A model generated the notes under the pieces. That model was not told the origin of the DNA. It searched no databases and saw nothing but the letters and a program-made list of their open reading frames with translations. A program made the position numbers and the translations under genes. A stretch of DNA of 64,000 nt from Octopus vulgaris (taxonomy: Eukaryota), in contig OX597822.1 of NCBI GenBank assembly GCA_951406725.2, positions 49,538,001-49,602,000 of the forward strand, written 5' to 3'. Shown here piece after piece: positions 56,983-64,000 of the stretch. Each line of letters begins with the position of its first letter. Within the stretch, counting starts at the first letter, position 1.

Positions 56983-57017
56983 GTTTAACGTTTCGAGCGG
57001 AGCTCTTCGTCGGAAAC
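56983..57017 (-). ncRNA. Minimal type I hammerhead (PLE type) within a short repeat 56892-57055
   Basis: Minus: GUUU-CCGACGA-A GAGC UCC GCUC-GAAA-CG-UU-AAAC. Palindromic AACGUU stem III, U4C variant, (TA)n on both flanks. Confidence 0.6.
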
Positions 57018-57054
57018 ATAGGAGAAGGAAAGATCCAGAGAAGGGAAGACAGAG

Positions 57055-57124
<70 letters not shown>

Positions 57125-57581
57125 AGTATTTGTGTCAGCACTCCAGCGCATATAGGCGTGTGTGCATGTGTATACATCAATGTTTGTGTGTAAAACACGC
57201 CACTGTTTACTTGTCTAATAATTGTTCCTGAAATTTGCAGTAAGCAGTGAATAGTATATCTCTACCTGTATATGATCCCATCATTCATAATATACCGATA
57301 CAAATCTCTATCTTTTACTTAGCTAATTATCCATCAATATCGTTCTCTTCATTTTCTCATTGTTTCTCTCTATACGTTTTTGTATGTTTCGAACACTGTT
57401 CAAACAGACGTTGAACAAACACAGGTTGATACAGAAATTCGTACATACACCCGGCTCCACCCGTATAGCTTCCTCCATTCAACTCTTTCTCTCTGAATGT
57501 CTCTCAGTCTGTCTATATGTATGACTTTTTCTTTCTGCGCACACTTAAAAATAAAAGAACGCACAGATACACAAAACACAA

Positions 57582-57670
<89 letters not shown>

Positions 57671-58145
57671 TGCCCATGCACTCACTCACACACATAAACA
57701 TGTATTGCTATATAAATAGCGTAGATGTGCTCAGATCTTTATGTGTATATGCGAGTTTGGCTGAAGTGCGTTGCAACTTAAATGCGGTATAATAGATTAG
57801 CAGATGAGAATAAATTAGATTTTTATAAAATATGATGATCAAAAGGTCCAGATTGACGCAGGTGTAAATTATCAATGAAAAATCTATTTTCTAATAATTA
57901 TAATTTCGTCTTCGCATTATATTCATTAACGATAAGGGCATACAAAAAGTGTATATATATACATATATATATATGTGTGTGTGTGTGTGTGTATGTATGC
58001 GCGTGTATAGGCGCATGGTTTTGCAGTAAGGCTGTTGAGCTACGATAATAATGTCATGAGTTTGTGTCGCTTTGTGTCCTTGAGCTAGACACTATATTTC
58101 ACACTGCTCAAATCTACTCAGCTGAAAACGGGTACATACGTATGC

Positions 58146-58192
<47 letters not shown>

Positions 58193-58559
58193 CACGCACG
58201 CGCGTGTATTTTTGTGTGTGCATGTGTGTATTTGTTTGTGTGTGAATGTGTGTAAATCTATCAGAAATGCTGCAGATATTGAACCTCTTGATATATTTCG
58301 AAAATGGCAAATTTAAATCAATCTCTTTTTCACAAAATAAACAAAGAAAAGGATAAAATACGAAAGGCAAACGAAAACTACGTTATTAGAATTCTAATTC
58401 CAAAATTAAAGAAGAATTAGACACTGCTACTGAAAACAACTTCCAGTAAAAAGATTACCCCAACCAATTTACCCTGTTTATCCAGATTATCCTGAAAACG
58501 TGTAATTATTTTGACTGACTTAATATTTAAAAAAAAAACTGTTTCAAAATCTATGTATA

Positions 58560-59965
58560 TGTATCTGTATGGGGTAGTTCATTACGATGCAGGGCTGTTG
58601 TACTGTACGTAACCATCTCGTTGTTAAGTGTTTGTGTAGGGACGGCCCTGAATAGGCCAACGAAATCTTGAGTCGTTCCCTGCGGATAGCCTTGTAGATG
58701 GCGGAAGTCTTCTGGTTGAAGTGGGGAATTTTAAGGAAACAGTCTTCCGAAAGATCCCTCTTGCAACGTTTAGCTGGCCTGTGTTCCTGTATGGAGTAAG
58801 AGGCAGACGTAAGACATCCGTTAGCCCCAAGTGTCTTTAGGAATTGAGTAACATGTGCGTCCCGGTTGGTGTTGTCACTGCCTTTTTTTTGCCTATCCAA
58901 GCAATCTCGTTACGTACGTAGTTGAACTTGGCATTGATAGGGATGGCCGATTTAGAATGGACGAAGAGATCCCGGGAAGCAGATTTTCTGTCGAACACCG
59001 CAGCAATTTTCCCTCTCATCTGTAAAGCTTAGACGAAAGTCGAGCAAAGGGAGAGAATCATCATTGTTAGGGTGTTCAATGGTGAAGCTAATATCTTGGT
59101 CCATTACATTGAACTTCTCCAGTATAATGGAGGCGTGTTTTGTGGATAGGGCGAGTATTAGAATGTTGTCCACATACTTGACAAAAAAGGCATATGCGTG
59201 GAAGGTGCTGAGTGCCCTACACTCAAGCCGCTCTAAGTAGGCAATAGCGAGCAGGCCTGACTGGCTGGACACCATAGGCAGACCTGAACACTATTTATAG
59301 GTGTTGTCCAAGAAATCGAAATGTGTGTTAGTGACTATAACTGATAGTAGCTGGTGGATGTTGTAGGTGGTAAATCCGAAACAGTGTAAGTCCAAGGAGA
59401 CGGCACAGTCCGTGATCAGGTTGACCGCGGGAATAGTAGGAAACGAGATGTAGAAGGAGACCACTTTTAAACTGAAACTATACCATCGTGTCAGGTTTGG
59501 GACGATGAAGTCGTTAGATGACTTCGTCTGAGCTGTTGACCTGACCAATTGTAGTACAACGACTATTAACAGTAGTTCAGTAGTGCCAGTCGAAATCGCT
59601 TTTTAAGTGTTGCCAGATGTATGACTGTTGGCGTAAAAGAATCTCGGCTGCTGTTGTAGGCCATTCGCCATCTGTTGGATGCTGTCATAGGAGTCACTGG
59701 CTCAACTCCAATCGACTGTTAATTTTCGGACTGAAGCAGCGTATCAGCAGAGTCTCCTTTATTAGTAAATTGCCGGTGTTATTCTCAGAGGCGTCTAACT
59801 CTTTCGTAGTGTTGCCCCACCTGGTCAGGTGTTTGCGGAAGGAGGGCGCGTTGGATGTGAGAAGCTCTTTAATTTGAATATGAAGTGGTCGTGTTGTGCA
59901 AACGATATAGTGTTTGCTGCATTCGGAGCATCGCATTAGGTATACGACGCACGTACGTTAGAGTC
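58560..59965 (-). mobile_element. Decayed Penelope-like element with GIY-YIG placed upstream of RT
   Basis: Minus order: RTCVVYLMRCSECSKHYI..TTRPLHIQIKE...KETLLIR..PKINSR (59960-59694); YSFSLKVVSFYISFP; GLLAIAYLERLE..KYVDNI; FTIEHP..SLPLLDF; RKSASRDLFVHSKSAIP; LKIPHF; PCIVMNYPI. Confidence 0.8.
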
Positions 59966-60962
59966 GCGATACCAAAATATATATTTTGTAAATAAGTATA
60001 TTTCAGAACTTTGTGCTAAACCATACACACACACATATGTATATTAATTTTCAGTTTACAACGTACAATCAATTTTCCATACCAATCGAATCGCTTAACA
60101 ATACCTTTCTTGTTTTTATAACCGAAAACGCTTATACACCCATCTCAATTCTGTCAATAAATATGGAGCACATTTAACTTAAATATCTTTGTAACATCTT
60201 CATGTCTGGTAACCAAAGTGTCTTACTGCACTATCTCGCTACATCTGTGGGAAGGCAATATGAAAATGATTTCAGAATCAATACGTCCTCCTTCATTGAT
60301 TTTCCTATAATATATCTCAGACGTGGAAACACCATCAAAATTTCTAAATAACATATTTGATCGAAAAATGTAGGTAATTAAATAAACAACAATTTAGATA
60401 AAGATAGTTAATTGCACTTCTTATGCAGTTATAATCACATTTGCAAGCCACATGATGAAACATAGACTACTGACAATGTTCTAGGAATATTTCCATCGAA
60501 TGTAAATATTTATCGACGTAAATATATCTACCGTAACTACCACAGGTAAGTAAATGGTGTGAAAATGTCGGGAATCATAACAGATAAGATTTTGGTAATA
60601 TTTATTTTGTTTGAAAACTTATATAACTAAACAACATTCAATGCATAAGAATTCATCAACAGCAGCTGGTATTTTTTTGCATGAATACGTGAATACATAG
60701 TCTGAAAGTACCAGTAATTTCGTTTGAAGATTGGAAGCTTGTCGACTCACGCAGGCCTTATTTCTAACTCATATTTCGATGTCTACAATGACTTTGGAGA
60801 CATCAGGTCTAATTAATCTCATGCAATTAATAGTCTGCAAGGTTCAGGAATTGAGATTCTACAAGAGACCATCATTATTGCGATCAATTTACATTATTAA
60901 TGATATCCGAAACAATAGTATTTCAACAGCCTATGATGCTAACAAAGTCCAGCTAATAATAT

Positions 60963-61406
60963 TGGTTTCGAATTTTGGCACAAGGCAAGCAATTTCGGGG
61001 TAGGGGTTAAATCAATTACGTCGATCCCAACGCTGAACTGGTATTTATTTTATTGACCCCAAAAGGTTGAAAAGCAAAGTCAACTTCAGTGGAATTTGGA
61101 CTCAAAAAGTAAAGGCGGACGAAAAGCCGATAAGCATTTTGTCCGGTGCAGTAAAGAGTCTGCCAACTCGTTGCTTTAGTCTATCTAATAATATTGCTTT
61201 CAAATTTTGGCACAGAGCCAGTAATTTCAGGGAAGTGGTAAGTCGATTACATCGACCCCAGTGCTCCATTGGTACTTCATTGGACGCTAAAAGGATGAAA
61301 GGCAAAGTCGACCTTAGCAGAATTTGAACTCAGAATTTGAAGACGAGGAAAAATATCGCTAAGCACTTCGCCTGGCGTGCTAACGATTCTACCAGCTCGC
61401 TGCCTC
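60963..61406 (-). mobile_element. Two tandem copies of SINE family C
   Basis: 60963-61177 and 61195-61406 both match 53071-53275; ctaataatatt occurs before, between and after them. Confidence 0.8.
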
Positions 61407-63374
61407 AGCCCAGCTAATAATATTAATTGCTAGATCATTTGAAGATTTTCTAGTAAAATGTAAGTTTCGTAGAAGACTTTTCTTATTCGAACTGCGGAAT
61501 GATACGGCAAAGAACTATATATTATGTTAATCCAGGAAGGTATCTAAAATTAAGTTCCGCATGATCATTGAAACCTAGCATTTAAAGTATTGAATTATTA
61601 AGTATTAATTCATATATTGATTTTCAACTCAGCGCAACATAACGTTAAATGTGAGTGAAAGAGCAAAAGGGGGAGAAGTGGTGAGATACAAGGCTAAGTA
61701 GCTCACAATATGGTCACTGTTATTATATGTGGCAGTGTGAAACCGTGTCATTGAATATTTCAGAAATCGTCGGCAAATAATGGCATACAATATATATAAT
61801 ACAATTATACGCTATTATTTGAAAATCAATCGCTAATATGATATTATAGTATTATTTGTTTATTGTAAATAACATAATTGTAGAATGTTCGATTTTCGGA
61901 TGCTCACAAATTCTAAACCTAATTTCAACGACGTTATTTTGCTGCCAAATACAAGAAAATAGCTCATTTCTAATGCTGCGACACATTTGTCTCGAGAGCT
62001 TTTTTACACGATAGAAAAATGAGTTAATTTTTCTACTGTATTATCAAAATATTACTAAAAGTTCACTCCTTGCAATAACAAACATTGATAAGAGACATAG
62101 GCGGACAGATGTAAAAATATTGTCAACAGGAGAAATTTGCCGAATTATCTAGAAGAAAATCCAATTCCATCTATTCTCTGAAACTTACTTCATTAATACC
62201 TAATCTATTTTCAGAAATATTTTGCAAACATGAGTGGGTATCAATTTATTGATGTTTCCGAAGTTAAATTTCATTTAAATTATCTTCTTTGATGCTCGAA
62301 CATCTGGACGTGTGTTCAGTATTTGATATTCATTGTGAATACATCAACAACTCCTTCGCTAGTTTCTTGCAATTGTCACGGACATAATAATCTGTTTCTC
62401 TCGCTGTCATATAACATTACTTGAATCTACCATCACTGCATGCTTCAGCATAAAATGAATAGAAAATTAAGATTACATTGCAGATATTCCGATAATTCCC
62501 TATCTTTAACAGAAATTAGCATTTTAATTCTAGGGATCCGGAATCAAATGCAGTCTTGAATATATTTAGATCAACCAAATCAAAATTGTTAGTGATATCT
62601 ATAAAATTAATTAATCTTCGTATTCATCGTTGGAATAATTAAAATTTGATTATTTGATATTTGAAACTTTTGGAATTATTTAACATCTGTAGACAATAAT
62701 TGTCAGATTTCTCCGTTTAAATCGAGTGATAAATTGTGTCTTAGGATCTCCCTTACGTCAATAGTAATTAACACACGCACGAGTGCACGTATTTATTATT
62801 ACTAGTGTAATGACCCTCCACCCCACCAAACACATCACACACGAATTCACATCAAGAATCCTGCAAACCAAATTCAAAACTAACTCAAATGATAAAATTT
62901 TTAAATATGAGTCAAAAATTTATAATTTTCCAAACTTTGTTATTATATCTTATTTCAATGTTATCCCATATCAATATTTGCATTATTTCTAAAGTAAATG
63001 TAATATAAATATAGTAACTTTATCGTAATATTGTGTTATCTTAACGCTACATTGTTTGTAAGCTTTATTTTATTGCTCAAATAATAACAACATTAAAACA
63101 TCCGTTTTAATATGTAAGCATTAACTAAATATTTGAAAAGGAATGGGAAAATATTCCGTTGTAATATTAATTCATTTGCAAAATCCACAACGGTATCAAC
63201 GTTCTGCGCAGGAAACTTTTTGAACTTTTAGAAAGTATAAAGCTTGGAATAAACAAGATATGTTTGTAATTCCAGAGAAAAAGTACTGAAAAAGGCATTA
63301 TGAATACACATCATTATATGTCAATATATTTACATTTAAATGTAAATACATCATTCCATCTATATACCTATCTA

Positions 63375-63750
63375 TCTGTGAGTCTTTTATTTCTGCGGAT
63401 ATCTCTTCTAACACTTGCCAACTTGCTTTCGTCCGAATATAATCTGCTGTCTTGATTTCGTGTTCTCCATGATAATAGTGTGCAGTGTGCTTCTCTTCAG
63501 ATGACCTGCCTAATGTATAGTAATAGGCGTATATTACTTCTGTATGCTCTTTTTTGGTCCATTTCATCCTTTTACATATTTCTTTCTGTGGTGGCTGTGG
63601 TGGTGGACTTGGACGGCTTGAGTTCGGGAAGTTCCCGTTCAAGTGACCATCCAGGTTCGCATTCAGAGAAGAGTTTGTGCTCGTAGATGACTTTTCGACC
63701 CCAGGTTGGATCTCCCCTGGGGGTCGACATTCCAGATTAACCATAGGACC
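63375..63750 (-). mobile_element. Dong/R4-like LINE ORF N-terminal fragment
   Basis: Pro-rich leader then KRMKWTKKEHTEVIYAYYY, resembling the RxKWTxEE N-terminal motif of R4/Dong ORFs; frameshifts afterwards. Confidence 0.55.
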
Positions 63751-64000
63751 TGCGATTTGGTGTACTGTGTTCTATTAGCAATACTTTATATTTACTAATC
63801 TTGTCAAATTCTTTCGCCGCTATATTGTGATCGCAAGAAATACTCATGTCAATTAATAAACCCATCTTTTTTGTCTGATCTTTTATAATAATATCCGGTT
63901 TATTAGCTTTTATAGTTTTGTCGGAAGTACCATAGAATCAATTCATTTTCTCCCTCAGTCAAATCTTTAGGATGGTGTTTATACCATTTGTTAGCGGTTT

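Overview
AT-rich, microsatellite-dense animal genomic DNA. The SINE and repeat landscape suggests a coleoid cephalopod, most likely Octopus (inference). The only host coding feature I can support is one large minus-strand exon (31354-32223) encoding the N-terminal ectodomain of a GPR158/CG31760-like class C GPCR. The rest is probably intron or flank, filled with transposon relics: a Gypsy LTR element, several Dong/R4 LINE pieces sitting in (TAA)n, a young CR1-type LINE nested in a Tc1 element, mariner, two Helitrons, a Merlin-like MITE, three tRNA-derived SINE families and at least three Penelope-like element (PLE) families. The most notable unannotated signal is a dense set of type I hammerhead ribozyme (HHR) motifs: about 16 motifs from about 9 unrelated sequence families, read by eye. 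They include a non-coding 618-bp tandem/inverted array with one HHR per complete monomer (retrozyme-like), a tRNA B-box + HHR SINE-like element, and several HHRs with greatly enlarged stem II. Almost all ORFs in the supplied track are microsatellite artefacts.
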